Below are positions 1 through 10,618 of a stretch of 64,000 nucleotides of DNA, piece by piece; position 1 is the stretch's first letter; every line of letters starts with the position of its first letter. Origin of the DNA: Methanobacteriota archaeon (GTDB lineage Archaea; Thermoplasmatota; E2; DHVEG-1); NCBI GenBank assembly GCA_963769885.1, contig CAVYNH010000006.1:384001-448000 (forward strand). The letters run 5' to 3'. The notes under the pieces were generated by a model. That model did no database searches, had not been told where the DNA came from, and saw only the letters and a program-made list of their open reading frames with translations. The translations under genes and the position numbers were made by a program.

Positions 1-1383
1 CAAAACGCCGCCGCCTGGATCCTCCAACAGTTCCAAGACATGGGCCTGGATGCCACCTACAAGCACTGGACCTACAGCTCCTACTCCTCGGACAACGTCG
101 AGGCCACCATCAACGGCACCGACACCAGCAGCAGCGACATCTATATCATCTGCGGCCACTACGACACCGTCTCCGCTGGGCCCGGCGCGGACGATGACGG
201 CTCCGGCACCTGCGCGGTCATCGTCGCCGCCAGCCTTCTGAAAGACTACAGCTTCAACTTCACCCTCAAGTTCGTCTGCTTCAGTGGCGAAGAGGAAGGC
301 CTCTACGGCAGCAGGGTCTACGCCCAGCAGGCCGCGGCCGCCGGCTGGCACATCATCGGCGTCCTCAACTGCGACATGGTCAGCTACGCCATCACCACCA
401 CCGACGGCTCGAACCTCATCATCTACGAAAACACCGCCTCCCATTGGCTCACCCAGTACACCTATAACATCGCCGCCAACTACAGCGCCTACGTCGGGTT
501 GACGCTCCATAATCAACCAGGGTCGGGAAACAGCGACCATTATTATTTCTGGCAGAATGGCTATAACGCCATCTTCTTCTTCGAATACACCGAGACCCCG
601 TACTACCACCAATCCGGCGACATCATCGCCCACTGCAACATGAGCTACGCGGCGAAGAACATCAAGCTCTTCATCGCCACCCTCGCGGAGCTCGCCGAGA
701 TCTCACTGAAGAGCGACCCGCCCGCGGTCCCAGACCTCACCGGGCCGAGCTGGGCGCTCATCAACGACTCGGTCACCTTCTCCGTCAACACCACGGATCC
801 CGACGGAGACAACGTGTACTACTACCTCGACTGGGGCGACGGGACGAACACCGGCTGGGTCGGACCCAGCCCGTCCGGCGTACAGCAGAACATCGCCCAC
901 GCCTGGCACAGCCTCGGCATCTACAATGTCACGGCCAAGGCGAAAGACTACCACGGCTCCTCCAGCACCTGGACCACGCCATTGACCCTGACCATCGTCG
1001 ACAACACCCCGCCCAACGACCCAAGCATCGAGGGCCCCACCATCATCCATCCCTTCATCAAGCACACCTACACCATCAACAGCACGGACCCGCAGAACCA
1101 GGACCTCCGCTATGACATCAACTGGGGTGACAGCACCGGCGCCAGCGGCTACGGCCCCTTCGCCTCCGGCCAAGCCGTCGAAATCACACACACCTATAAG
1201 ACGAAAGGCAACTTCACCATCCGCGTCCGCTCCGTCGACACCAAGGGCGCGCCCAGCAACTGGACGGAGCTGAAAGTCCACGTGCCACTCGCCTACCAGC
1301 CCCACACGCTCCTCGAACACCTCATCCACTGGCTCCAAGGCACCAGGCTCGGCGAACTCCTCGCCCGCCTCCTGCACCACTAG
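1..1383 (+). CDS. M28 family (aminopeptidase-like) secreted metallopeptidase with two C-terminal PKD domains; 5' end outside window
   Basis: Frame is open from base 1. M28 motifs ICGHYD, GADDDGSG, SGEEEGLYGS, NCDM, SDH, YYHQSGD. PKD repeats (DPDGDNVYYYLDWGDG, DINWGD). Confidence 0.9.
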   Translation, partial: QNAAAWILQQFQDMGLDATYKHWTYSSYSSDNVEATINGTDTSSSDIYIICGHYDTVSAGPGADDDGSGTCAVIVAASLLKDYSFNFTLKFVCFSGEEEGLYGSRVYAQQAAAAGWHIIGVLNCDMVSYAITTTDGSNLIIYENTASHWLTQYTYNIAANYSAYVGLTLHNQPGSGNSDHYYFWQNGYNAIFFFEYTETPYYHQSGDIIAHCNMSYAAKNIKLFIATLAELAEISLKSDPPAVPDLTGPSWALINDSVTFSVNTTDPDGDNVYYYLDWGDGTNTGWVGPSPSGVQQNIAHAWHSLGIYNVTAKAKDYHGSSSTWTTPLTLTIVDNTPPNDPSIEGPTIIHPFIKHTYTINSTDPQNQDLRYDINWGDSTGASGYGPFASGQAVEITHTYKTKGNFTIRVRSVDTKGAPSNWTELKVHVPLAYQPHTLLEHLIHWLQGTRLGELLARLLHH

Positions 1384-1430
1384 ACAACACCACACGTCCG
1401 TGACGGACGCCAACCAACCGGAGACGGGAA

Positions 1431-1475
1431 CCCCCCCTCTCCTCCCACCATTTTTGTCGATTCTTTTTTTCCCTC
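1431..1475 (+). terminator. C-rich then T-tract archaeal terminator
   Basis: ccccccctctcctcccaccatttttgtcgattcttttttt follows the stop codon. Similar C-run plus T-run tracts occur at about 12661-12682 and 36745-36790. Confidence 0.5.
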
Positions 1476-1527
1476 CTGGAGACAAAAGGTTCTTAATATA
1501 ACCCCACGATAATTAAAATCACCCACG

Positions 1528-3748
1528 ATGAAGAAAACAGCCACCCTCCTCCTCGCCCTCCTGCTCACCACCACCATCCCCCACGCCACCCCAACACACC
1601 CCACCACCCAGCCCTACGCCGCCGTCCTCATCCCCGACACCACCCCCCTCCTCGGCCTCCTCGCCGCCAGCCTCGCCTGCACCTACGACCCCGCCACCAA
1701 CACCACCACGCTCCTCCCCCTCCTCCTCACCCACCACAACACCCTCACCGCCACCCAAAACCAACTCCTCGCAACACTCCTCGACCCCACTGACACCATC
1801 CTTTCCCTCAACACCACACCAACCACAAGCTACCCCACCCACCAGATCCTCGGCACCCCAACCGCCATCTCCTACACCACCGCCACCACCCTCTACCAGA
1901 CCGCCCCCACCACCCTCCTCATCCCCACAGACAACTACTCCCTCGGCCTCACCGCCGCCCCCCTCGCCAGCTACCTCCACATCCCCCTCCTCCTCACCGA
2001 CACCAACACCACACTTCTCACCCACACCCTCACCCAGCTCCACACCACCACCGCCATCCTCATCGGACCAACCAACCTCACCCTCCCCAACATCACCATC
2101 GACCACCTCACCACCCCAGACCAAATCCACCACCGACTCCTCCAAGAAACCCACCACCTCTTCAACACAATAAATTACCTCACCCTCACCAACCCCACGG
2201 ACGCCACCCCACCCACCACCACCAACACCACCACCAACACCACAACCACCACCCTCCACGCCACCCAACTCACCCTCCTCGGACACACCACCACCCTCAC
2301 CGGCAACGCCACCACCACCCTCCCCCTCACCATCCCCGACGGCATCACCCAACTCACCATCACCGCCGCCACCCCCACCACAAACCGCCTCCTCCCCACC
2401 CTCCTCTTCCTCAGACTCACCGACCCCAACGGAACCCTCGCCGCCTACACCACCAGCCAAGCAACCACCACCGGCACCGCCCAACTCCAGACCCTCACCT
2501 GCCACGACCCCGGCACCTACCCCCTCACCATCAGAGCCTTCCACGGCCTCCAAGGCGGCTACTTCAGCCGACGCGGCGTCTCCCACATCAACACCACCAT
2601 CACCATCACCACCACAAAACAGACCCAGACCACACCACACCACCCCCTCATCCCCAACCTCTCCATGCTCGCCCCCTACCTCACCGCCGCCCACGGCGGC
2701 ATCATCATCCCCACCGACCACGAGCCTCACCGGCCCCGACTACGAGACCACAGCCACCAACACCCCCGCCGGACCCTGGTACACCCCCAGTCTCCTCGAC
2801 TACAACAACCAGCAGGCCAACCAGACCCTCGTCGACCTGACCCACACCCTCGCCCTCCTCGACGATGAAGGCATGCTCGACGGCTACCTCGCTGGGCCGG
2901 CATGGCTCGGCATCCTCGCCGACACCACCATGATCCCCATGTACTACGCCGGGCCCACCCAACCCGACCTCGACGAACAAGGCCTCCCCACCGACAACCT
3001 CTACAACCTCAACGGCAGCCTCTCCACCGGCCGCATCATCGGCTGGAATGTCACCGACGTCTCAACCCTCATCGCCAGGACCCTCTTCTACCAAGACATC
3101 TGCGGCGAGCCCACCGACCCCTGGTTCACCACCTTCAACTTCGTCTTCGGCGAAGGCTTCGGCGAGACCGGTGGGCTCTTCCACCAAATTCCCTACTCGC
3201 GTCAGATCCGCCAATACAATTTCACCACCCATGTTTATGGAGATCTGCGGAACAGCCGGCAGTATGCAGATCGCCATCAGGTCTACACCGGTGCGAACTT
3301 CATTGAGTATCTCGGTCATGGCGATTGGTACTGGTACGCCCCCTCCATTTATGGGTTTGATACCTATGGTCGAGCTGTGGACGTCGCTCACGCTCGGGAC
3401 TGGGTGTTCGAACGGCCCAGCGTCTTCCTCACCGCCGCCTGCCTCATGGGACGAGTCGACGGCATCCCCCCGGAGCAGAACATCGGCCTGGCGATGCTGC
3501 ATGCGGGCTGCAACGCCTTCGTCGGCGCCACCCGCGAGACTGGGGAGGAGGCAGGGCTTTCAGTAATCGAAAATCATCTGATTGTGAACGACTCCAGCAT
3601 TGGCGCGGCGCTTCGGATGGAGAAACAGGTTGACCATGAGCCGCCGACGTACCTCGTCCGGACGCTGTATGGTGACCCTGCCTTCAACCCGTTCGACCCC
3701 CTTCATGGGTTCAGCGAGCAAGGCAGGCCGCATCTCCTTCCACCGTAA
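1528..3748 (+). CDS. C25 (gingipain-like) secreted cysteine peptidase, one gene split by a +1 frameshift at about 2719
   Basis: Signal peptide and a CW_binding_2-like segment (YSLGLTAAPLASYLHIPLLL). After 2722 the second frame reads SLTGPDYETT...LLDDEG into the 2873..3748 ORF, which has catalytic YLGHG, TAACLMG and terminal LYGDP. Confidence 0.8.
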
Positions 3749-3773
3749 AACCAGAAGATGCTTTGGTTTATGC

Positions 3774-5594
3774 TTAGAAGAATTTCCAGACCTTGATTTC
3801 AGCGCTGGCCGTCACGTTGCCACCTTTTGCGACGGCTTTGACCAGGTGGGACCCAAAGGAGAACCGGTGCCAGTCCCACTTATATGGCTCCGCATTTGTG
3901 CTGAACATCGAGGATCCGTCGAGGTAGAACTGGACCTGGTCGATCTTGACTTTGGTCTGCCCGGTCATCACGATAATCTCACAGGTGAGATGCCCGATCG
4001 CTACTGGTTTGGAGAGGTTCATGATTTTTTTGTCGCCAAGGTACAGGCCGTTGACGGGTCGGGTGAACATGATGGTGAATGGCGGCTCGTAGGGAGTGGT
4101 CGTGATGATCAGGTGCAGGAGTTCTTTTGCGGTCAGCGTCGACAGCGTGATGTTCGTGGCGTTCTCGGCGATCAGTGTGCCATCCTGGTAGTACCAGTAA
4201 GCGGGGTAGGTGATACACAGTTTGGTGTTGTAGAGCGGGTGGTCGTACTGGTTGTTCACGGTGCAGTAGAGCATGCCGCCGCTGGGCGTGCAGGTGGCGG
4301 TGAGGCGCTGCCATTCGGTGAGGCCGACGGGGGAGTAGGCGGTGTTCCAGGAGTCGTAGCGGTGGCGGACCCAGTCTCCTGAGCCGGCGCCGAAGGCGAA
4401 GGCATACATGTTCCAGCCGTCAGAGCCGCAGTACATGGTGCCGCCGACGATGGAGGGCGGGCAGGTGACGCTGGCGCCGATGGGGTAGCGCCAGATGATG
4501 CCGCCGGTGGTTTCGTTGAGGGCGTAGTAGGCACCGTTGGCAGCGTCACGGGTGCCGATGAAGAGGAGGCCGCCGCTGAGGGTCGGGCTGCTGATGTCGC
4601 AGTCGCCGCCGATCTTGGTCTCCCAGATGGGGGCGCCGTCGGCGGCGTTGAAGCAGTAGACGGTGCCGCTGGTGTCGGCGATGAAGACGTGGCCGTTGTG
4701 GTAGGCGTTGAAGGAGAGGGGGCCGCCGTGGAGTGGTCTGCTCCAGATGAGGCCGCCGTCGCTGTCGCGGTAGGCGTTCATGGTGCTGGCGTAGTAGATG
4801 GCGAGGAAGAGGCGGCCGTCGCCGTCGGTGGTGATGCTGTTGTCCCAGGGGCCGGCGGCGAGGATGACGGTCCAGATGGGTTGTCCGGTGGTGGTGTCCA
4901 TTTTGTAGAGGCGGCCGGCGGCTGAGCCTCCCCAGAGGGCGACGTAGAGGGTGTGGTTGCTGAGCATGGGTTTGTTGGGGGCGACGGAGGCGTCGGTGGG
5001 GTAGGACCAGGTGGTGCCGCCGGTGTTTTTGTTGATGGCCATGATCTGGCAGTTGTTGAAGCCGGTGGCGAAGTAGAGGTTGGTGTCGTCGATGTGGATG
5101 GATTCGGCGATGCCGCCGTAGACGGGGATGGTCCAGAGGTTTTGGCCGGTGTAGCGGTTGTAGGCGTAGAGGTGTTCGTTGTTGGGGTATTGGCCGTGGG
5201 TGCAGGTGCCGAGGTAGACGGTGTCGGCGTCGATGGCGGGTCCGACGTAGCCGGGGCCGGTGGGTTGGCTCCAGAGGATGTCGCCGGTGGTGGTGTTGAC
5301 CGCGAAGAGCTTGTCGTGGCCGGCGCCGTGGGTGGCGCAGCTGCCGATGTAGGCGATGCCGTCTTTGACGGCGACCGCGGATTCTTCGTAGTTGGTGCCG
5401 GTGGTGTTGGCGGTCCAGAGGAGTTGTTGGGCGAAGACGGTACCGGTGGTGTTCAGGTGGAGGGTGATGGGGGGGCCGGGGGTGATGGTGAATGGTGGTT
5501 CTGGGGTTGTGGTGGTGGGTTGGAGTGTGGCATGTGCGGTGATGGTGAGGAAAAGCATGGTGGTGATGACGGTCATGATCTGAGTATAGTTCAT
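3774..5594 (-). CDS. Secreted PQQ-like (BamB-type) beta-propeller protein with a C-terminal Ig-like domain
   Basis: Signal peptide; repeated LYAxNxxTGxxxW blades; C-terminal VQFYLDG...EPYKWDW...VWKFF. Confidence 0.85.
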   Translation of the reverse strand: MNYTQIMTVITTMLFLTITAHATLQPTTTTPEPPFTITPGPPITLHLNTTGTVFAQQLLWTANTTGTNYEESAVAVKDGIAYIGSCATHGAGHDKLFAVNTTTGDILWSQPTGPGYVGPAIDADTVYLGTCTHGQYPNNEHLYAYNRYTGQNLWTIPVYGGIAESIHIDDTNLYFATGFNNCQIMAINKNTGGTTWSYPTDASVAPNKPMLSNHTLYVALWGGSAAGRLYKMDTTTGQPIWTVILAAGPWDNSITTDGDGRLFLAIYYASTMNAYRDSDGGLIWSRPLHGGPLSFNAYHNGHVFIADTSGTVYCFNAADGAPIWETKIGGDCDISSPTLSGGLLFIGTRDAANGAYYALNETTGGIIWRYPIGASVTCPPSIVGGTMYCGSDGWNMYAFAFGAGSGDWVRHRYDSWNTAYSPVGLTEWQRLTATCTPSGGMLYCTVNNQYDHPLYNTKLCITYPAYWYYQDGTLIAENATNITLSTLTAKELLHLIITTTPYEPPFTIMFTRPVNGLYLGDKKIMNLSKPVAIGHLTCEIIVMTGQTKVKIDQVQFYLDGSSMFSTNAEPYKWDWHRFSFGSHLVKAVAKGGNVTASAEIKVWKFF

Positions 5595-5778
5595 GGTGAC
5601 GAGTCCCCCGTGTTCTTAACCGGTGGTGGGTTATTTAGTTGTTTTCGTGGTTGTGGAGGCGTTTTTCTGGCGTGTATTAATAGGATTTTTGCTGGTCCCT
5701 TCGTGATTTCGGCAGGCGCGGGCGACCTTAGGCTTATATAGGAGCCCCGCATTAATATCATCGGAGGAAGATTTCCCT

Positions 5779-7548
5779 ATGCGCTCCAATAGTCGAGTCG
5801 TAACAGTCCTGATAAGCTTTGTCTGCGCCGTGCTCATGCTGCCGATCACTTCCCTGGCCGCCCCCACCCAGACGTACCCTACCCAGGCCTTCGTCTACCG
5901 CGAGCCCGGGCCGTCGCAGGACAGCATCCTGTACGCGGACGGCTCCCACGTCACCCTAGACACCGAGTCGGTCACTTGGCCGATGATTGGCAGTGACCTG
6001 TCCCAGACCACGCCCGCCGCCTTCCGAGAGGCGGTGACGAGGGCCAAGCAGCATGCGGACGCGTCCCACCACGTCCTCATCACCAGCACCAGCTCCCGCG
6101 GCCTCACCATCACGTTCTCCGCGACCTCCCCGCCGTCCGGGGCTACCGCCGCCCTGACGGCGATCGCGAACTACATCAGCGGGCTCTTCTCCGACCCGGT
6201 CTCCATCACAATCAACATCGTCTTCGGGTCCATGGGCCCCGGCATTCTCGGCGGCACCACCTCCTATTACGCCAGTTCCGTCACGTATACGAACACTCGC
6301 AGCGGGATGGTTAATGGAATGGACGCGGATGACACGATCCAGACGTACTTGCCCTCCGGCTCCACGATCCCGGTCCGCTACAACATCGCCAGCGGGTCGG
6401 CGACCTCCGAGACCCGCTGCTACTTCACCAAAGCGAACTACCGGGCGACGATCGGCACCGTGACCGGCGACGCCGCCGACATGAGCATCAACACCGATTA
6501 TACCTGGGACTACGACCCCAGCAACGGCGTGAGCGGGTACTGCTTCCGCAGCGTCGTCGCCCACGAGGTCGGCCACGTCCTGGGATTCACCTCCGGGGCG
6601 GATTTCCGCACCAACGACATCGAGGCGCTGGACCTCTACCGGTTCCAGAACAGCGACGGCAGCGGGGACTACAACCCGGACACGATCCCGGAGTTCCAGA
6701 CCACGGCCCGGCTCTGCTGGCTCGACCAGACCGGGTCCTCGGATGACGACTGCAACTCAGACCTGATCAGCGTGGAGTACCGGATGTCCGATGGGACGCC
6801 GTACCAGGCCAGCCATTTCAGCCAGGGGCTCGTCAACGCGATCATGCAGCCGGCGATCTCGGAGGGGACCACGTTCTATCCGAACTACTATCGCGTTCCG
6901 GATCGGACGATGCTGGATGCGATCGGCTGGGACTACATCGCCGGCACGGGGTATTCCCTCCAAATTCAGATTGATCCCGCGGGGGCCGGGTACGTGACGA
7001 AGGATCCGGATCAGGGTCTCTATTACCCAGGAGATGTGGTGACGCTCACCGCGTACGGCAACAGCGGGCATACGTTCAGTAACTGGAGCGGGGCCGTCAG
7101 TGGGACGCAGAACCCGATCACGCTGACGATGAATGGGAACAAGTCGGTCACCGCGCACTTCAGCGGGGCGCCGCCGAACACGCCGGACATGCCTGACGGG
7201 CAGGCGTTCGGCTTCACGGGCATCGAGTACACCTACACGAGTAAGACGTCGGATCCGAACGGCGACGATGTCTATTATATGTGGGACTGGGGTGACGGGT
7301 CGACCATGGTGTGGGTCGGGCCGCTGCACTCCGGGGTCACGGTCTCGACGCCGCATACCTTCGCGACGGGCGGATCGTACTCGATTCGCGTCAAGGCCAA
7401 GGACACCTCGAATGCTGAGAGCGACTGGTCGCCGTCGCTGCCGGTGACGATGCCGTTCATCGACCCCGTTCAAGAAGGGCATCAAGGGCCGTTCCTCACC
7501 CTGCTGCTGCGGCTGCTGCACCTGCTGTGGTCAGCTGCGTTCTTGTAG
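5779..7548 (+). CDS. Secreted zinc metalloprotease (NF038122-like) with InlB B-repeat and PKD domain
   Basis: Signal peptide; HEVGHVLGF zinc motif, ALDLYRF, ASHF; B-repeat GHTFSNWSG...NKSVTAHF; PKD WDWGDG. Confidence 0.8.
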   Translation: MRSNSRVVTVLISFVCAVLMLPITSLAAPTQTYPTQAFVYREPGPSQDSILYADGSHVTLDTESVTWPMIGSDLSQTTPAAFREAVTRAKQHADASHHVLITSTSSRGLTITFSATSPPSGATAALTAIANYISGLFSDPVSITINIVFGSMGPGILGGTTSYYASSVTYTNTRSGMVNGMDADDTIQTYLPSGSTIPVRYNIASGSATSETRCYFTKANYRATIGTVTGDAADMSINTDYTWDYDPSNGVSGYCFRSVVAHEVGHVLGFTSGADFRTNDIEALDLYRFQNSDGSGDYNPDTIPEFQTTARLCWLDQTGSSDDDCNSDLISVEYRMSDGTPYQASHFSQGLVNAIMQPAISEGTTFYPNYYRVPDRTMLDAIGWDYIAGTGYSLQIQIDPAGAGYVTKDPDQGLYYPGDVVTLTAYGNSGHTFSNWSGAVSGTQNPITLTMNGNKSVTAHFSGAPPNTPDMPDGQAFGFTGIEYTYTSKTSDPNGDDVYYMWDWGDGSTMVWVGPLHSGVTVSTPHTFATGGSYSIRVKAKDTSNAESDWSPSLPVTMPFIDPVQEGHQGPFLTLLLRLLHLLWSAAFL

Positions 7549-8613
7549 CCAGCGGGCGATGCGGGGGTAGACTTCGTCTCGGACATGGAGTCCGAGGTTG
7601 AGGTCGAGGTGGCCGTAGTCGGCGCTGAACCCGTTCTTCTGTGAGAGTTCAAGATAGGTAATGTCCGTGCTGCCGACGTGGTGGGTGACGTATTGGACGT
7701 CGGCGGGTGGGCCGAGGTGGTCCTGGGCGCCGGCGATGGCGAGGAGCGGGGCGGTGAACTGGTTGAGGTGGTCGGTGTAGCTGTAGGGGGCGGCGAGGGT
7801 TTTGATTCCGGGGAGCCGGCCGACGGTGTCGTAGATCCAGGGACGCCGCGGGTATTTGCAGAAGGTGGTATGACGGAAGAAGAGGCTGAAGTGGTTGATG
7901 ACTTTGGTGGAGATGACGGTCTGGTGGCCGATTTTGAGGTATTGTTCCCAGATTTTTTGGTCGACGTTGGTGGGGTTGATGCTAATTTTTTGGAGGTAGC
8001 GGACGAGGTCGGGTGATTTGATGACGAGGTCGGGGAGGCGGAGGGGGATGGCGAAGTTGCGGGGCGTGATGTGGGTGAGGAATTCGAGGAGGACGCCGGT
8101 TTTTTGGAAGGTGACGGGGCTGCCGAGGGTGATGACGCCTTTGAAGTCATTTTTTCCTTGTGGTGTTTCGCCGTAGGCGTAGGCGATCATGCCGCCCATG
8201 CTTTTGCCGACCCAGAAGACCTGGGGGCGGTTTCCTGTGTGGTTTTGGTGCCAGTCGCGGACGGTTTGTATGATGGCGGGGGCGTCTTTGTCGATGTAGT
8301 CGTCGACGGTCCAGTGGTATTTTTCCGGGTTCTTGTGGGGGTCGTAGGTTGGTGTGGTGCCGTTGCCTCTGAGTTCGGGGACCCAGACGTGGTAGCTGGG
8401 GGTTGTGGTGGTGAGGTGGGCGGCGAGGCTGTAGCGGTCCCATTCGGGGGTGCCGGGGGTGCCGAAGTCGCAGCTGTTTTTGTTGGCGACGAGGCCGTGG
8501 CAGAGGATGACTGGGGTGGGTGCGGTGGTGGTGGTGCGGGGGTGGTAGTGGGTGAGGGTGAGGTGCCAGCCGTCGGTGGTGGTGGCGGTGTGGGTCTCGT
8601 AGGGGATGGTCAT
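7531..8613 (-). CDS. Alpha/beta hydrolase (lipase/esterase-like)
   Basis: TTDGWHL, ILCHGL, nucleophile elbow GKSMGG, AQDHL, YGHLDL. Start MTIPYE at 8613 overlaps the upstream stop (ATGA). Confidence 0.85.
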   Translation of the reverse strand: MTIPYETHTATTTDGWHLTLTHYHPRTTTTAPTPVILCHGLVANKNSCDFGTPGTPEWDRYSLAAHLTTTTPSYHVWVPELRGNGTTPTYDPHKNPEKYHWTVDDYIDKDAPAIIQTVRDWHQNHTGNRPQVFWVGKSMGGMIAYAYGETPQGKNDFKGVITLGSPVTFQKTGVLLEFLTHITPRNFAIPLRLPDLVIKSPDLVRYLQKISINPTNVDQKIWEQYLKIGHQTVISTKVINHFSLFFRHTTFCKYPRRPWIYDTVGRLPGIKTLAAPYSYTDHLNQFTAPLLAIAGAQDHLGPPADVQYVTHHVGSTDITYLELSQKNGFSADYGHLDLNLGLHVRDEVYPRIARWLQERS

Positions 8614-9260
8614 GGGGCGGCACCGTGTGTGGTGAGGAAGGATTCGGCGAGTTTTTTTGTGGTGGGTCGGGTGCTTTTCGTGTAGCGAGCGGCGTACTTC
8701 AAGATTTGATCGTGGTTTTTGATTTGAGGGTAGATTGTGTCGAAGGTGATGAGGGTTTTTGCGGCGATGATGTGTTTGCATTCTTGCGTGAGGTGGGGGT
8801 TGGTGGGGAGTTGTTCGGCGGCGAGGAGGTGGGTGGTGATGCGGTCCGCGAGGGTTGGTTTGGCGGCGACGATGGTGGGGGTGTGGTCGATGATGGTGGT
8901 GGCGGTGACGAGGTAGCCGTCGGTGAGGTGGTGGTAGTAGCGGTCGAGGATGGGTTCGAATTTGTTTTTGGTGTCGACGGTGGTGAGGTTGGCGAGGATG
9001 GTGAGGGCGTTCCAGGTGAGGATGCGGTGGGGGTTGTCGAGGAGTTTAACAAAATCGTCGAAGTGTGGGTAGAGGAGGATAGGTTGTCTTTCGCTGAGGA
9101 GGATGAGGGTTTTGCTGCTACCATAGCGAATCACGGCGGTGGAGTCGTAAAGTCCGGCGAGGAGTTGGGGGAGGAGGCTGGGGTCGTGTTGGATTTTTTG
9201 TGCGAGTGCTTCTGGGGTCGTGGTTTTGTTTTTAAGACCTTGGGTGATGAGGATGGGCAT
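8610..9260 (-). CDS. HEAT/ARM-repeat-like hypothetical protein
   Basis: Helical repeats (IRYGSSKTL, LYPHFDDFVKLLD, WNALTILANL); translationally coupled to the hydrolase. Confidence 0.65.
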   Translation of the reverse strand: MPILITQGLKNKTTTPEALAQKIQHDPSLLPQLLAGLYDSTAVIRYGSSKTLILLSERQPILLYPHFDDFVKLLDNPHRILTWNALTILANLTTVDTKNKFEPILDRYYHHLTDGYLVTATTIIDHTPTIVAAKPTLADRITTHLLAAEQLPTNPHLTQECKHIIAAKTLITFDTIYPQIKNHDQILKYAARYTKSTRPTTKKLAESFLTTHGAAP

Positions 9261-9400
9261 CGGTGTTCTCCTTGGGCTTGGTCTGCTGAGGGAATGTTGG
9301 AGTGGTCTTATTAATTCGTTGGGAGGGAAAAAGAGGGAGATGGTGTCGGCGGTGTTGAGACCGGCACCTAGGTGTTTTTTTTGTAAGGTGGTTTTATGGT

Positions 9401-10468
9401 TTATTCGACGGGTGGGATGTCGTAGGGTTCTGCTGCTGGGCTGAAGTCGAACATGACGCGGGTGGCGTGGTGGCCGGCGATTTGGTTGTAGTATCCGCGC
9501 CAGCCGGGGATTGGGTAGGGTTTGGTGTAGGATTGTCCCCAGTAGTTTGACTGCCAGGTGGCGACGTTGAGAGGGTTTTGGTTGATGCTGAAGTAGTCGG
9601 TTCTTTTGAAGACAATGACGGTGATCCGGTAGAGGATGTTGAGGAAGGGGTTGCGGGTGAAGGTGGCGGGGTGGGTGTTGTTGATGAAGTTGTTCTTGAT
9701 AGTGGAGTCGTAGGCGTTTTGGAGGCTGACGCCGATAAGACAGTCGGTGAATTCGTTTTGGTAGATGGTGTTGTTGGCGTCCGCTTCTGAGAAAAGGCCG
9801 TTGTGGGCGCTGCGGACGTGGTTGAGGGTGACGAGGCTGTTGAAGGAGCTGCTGAGGTGGATGCCGGAGAGGTCGATGGGGCTTGTTGTGTTCATGGTGA
9901 TGTCGTTGTGTTCGATGCGGGTCTTGTCTGAGGTCCAGACGCCGATGCCGGTCTGGCAGTTGCTGATGATGTTGTTGCTGATGATGTTTCTGCTGACTGG
10001 TTCGTAAGTCCAGGGGACGACGGTGATGCCGCCGGCGCTGCAGTCGGTGATGCGGGTGTGGTTGACGAGGGTGTCGTTGGCTCGGATGAGGATGCCGTCG
10101 AACTGAGTGTTTCTGATGGTGAAGCCTTGGATCGTGACGCCGTCGGCGCGGACGAGGAGGATTGGGACGGCGCCGTGGCCGGCATCAATGATGGTGGTGT
10201 CCCTGTCTTCTCCCATGAGTATGATGCTGTGGGTGATGGTGAAGTTCCCGAGGTAGGGGGAACCGTCGTGGTAGACGTAAATGGTGTCACCGTCGGTGGC
10301 GTGGTCGAGGGCGTCTTGGATGCTGGTGTAGTTGCCGGGTCCGCTGCCGCCTACATAGAGGATGGTCCCGGTTGGTGCTGGGGTGTTGGTTTTGGTGGTG
10401 GCGAGGACGGGTGTTGCCAGGCAGAATGTGACTAGCATGCATAACATAAGCCGTAAGATTCCCTTCAT
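9401..10468 (-). CDS. Secreted right-handed beta-helix (NosD/pectin-lyase-like) protein
   Basis: Signal peptide; LYVGGSGPGNYTSIQDA, GDTIYV, parallel beta-helix repeats, NYW...FDFSPAAEPYDI tail. Confidence 0.85.
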   Translation of the reverse strand: MKGILRLMLCMLVTFCLATPVLATTKTNTPAPTGTILYVGGSGPGNYTSIQDALDHATDGDTIYVYHDGSPYLGNFTITHSIILMGEDRDTTIIDAGHGAVPILLVRADGVTIQGFTIRNTQFDGILIRANDTLVNHTRITDCSAGGITVVPWTYEPVSRNIISNNIISNCQTGIGVWTSDKTRIEHNDITMNTTSPIDLSGIHLSSSFNSLVTLNHVRSAHNGLFSEADANNTIYQNEFTDCLIGVSLQNAYDSTIKNNFINNTHPATFTRNPFLNILYRITVIVFKRTDYFSINQNPLNVATWQSNYWGQSYTKPYPIPGWRGYYNQIAGHHATRVMFDFSPAAEPYDIPPVE

Positions 10469-10618
10469 GCTTCTTGCCTCTAGGGAATTTAAAGGGCGGT
10501 CGGATTATTAATACTTTCGTCTTGATTCGATTCAATTGGCTGATTAATAAATGAAAAGAAGAAGAGATGTTGTTTTTTACGAATGTATAGAAGATGGAGC
10601 GGATCTCACTCTGATGCG

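Noticed and set aside
1540-2700. ACC/CAC-rich stretches resembling tandem repeats or a CRISPR array
   Set aside because: No fixed repeat unit or spacers; explained by skew-driven Thr/His/Pro codons. No CRISPR array was seen anywhere in the window.
2700-2730. Programmed frameshifting in the C25 genes or purN
   Set aside because: No slippery heptamer or shared signal; an indel error is simpler.
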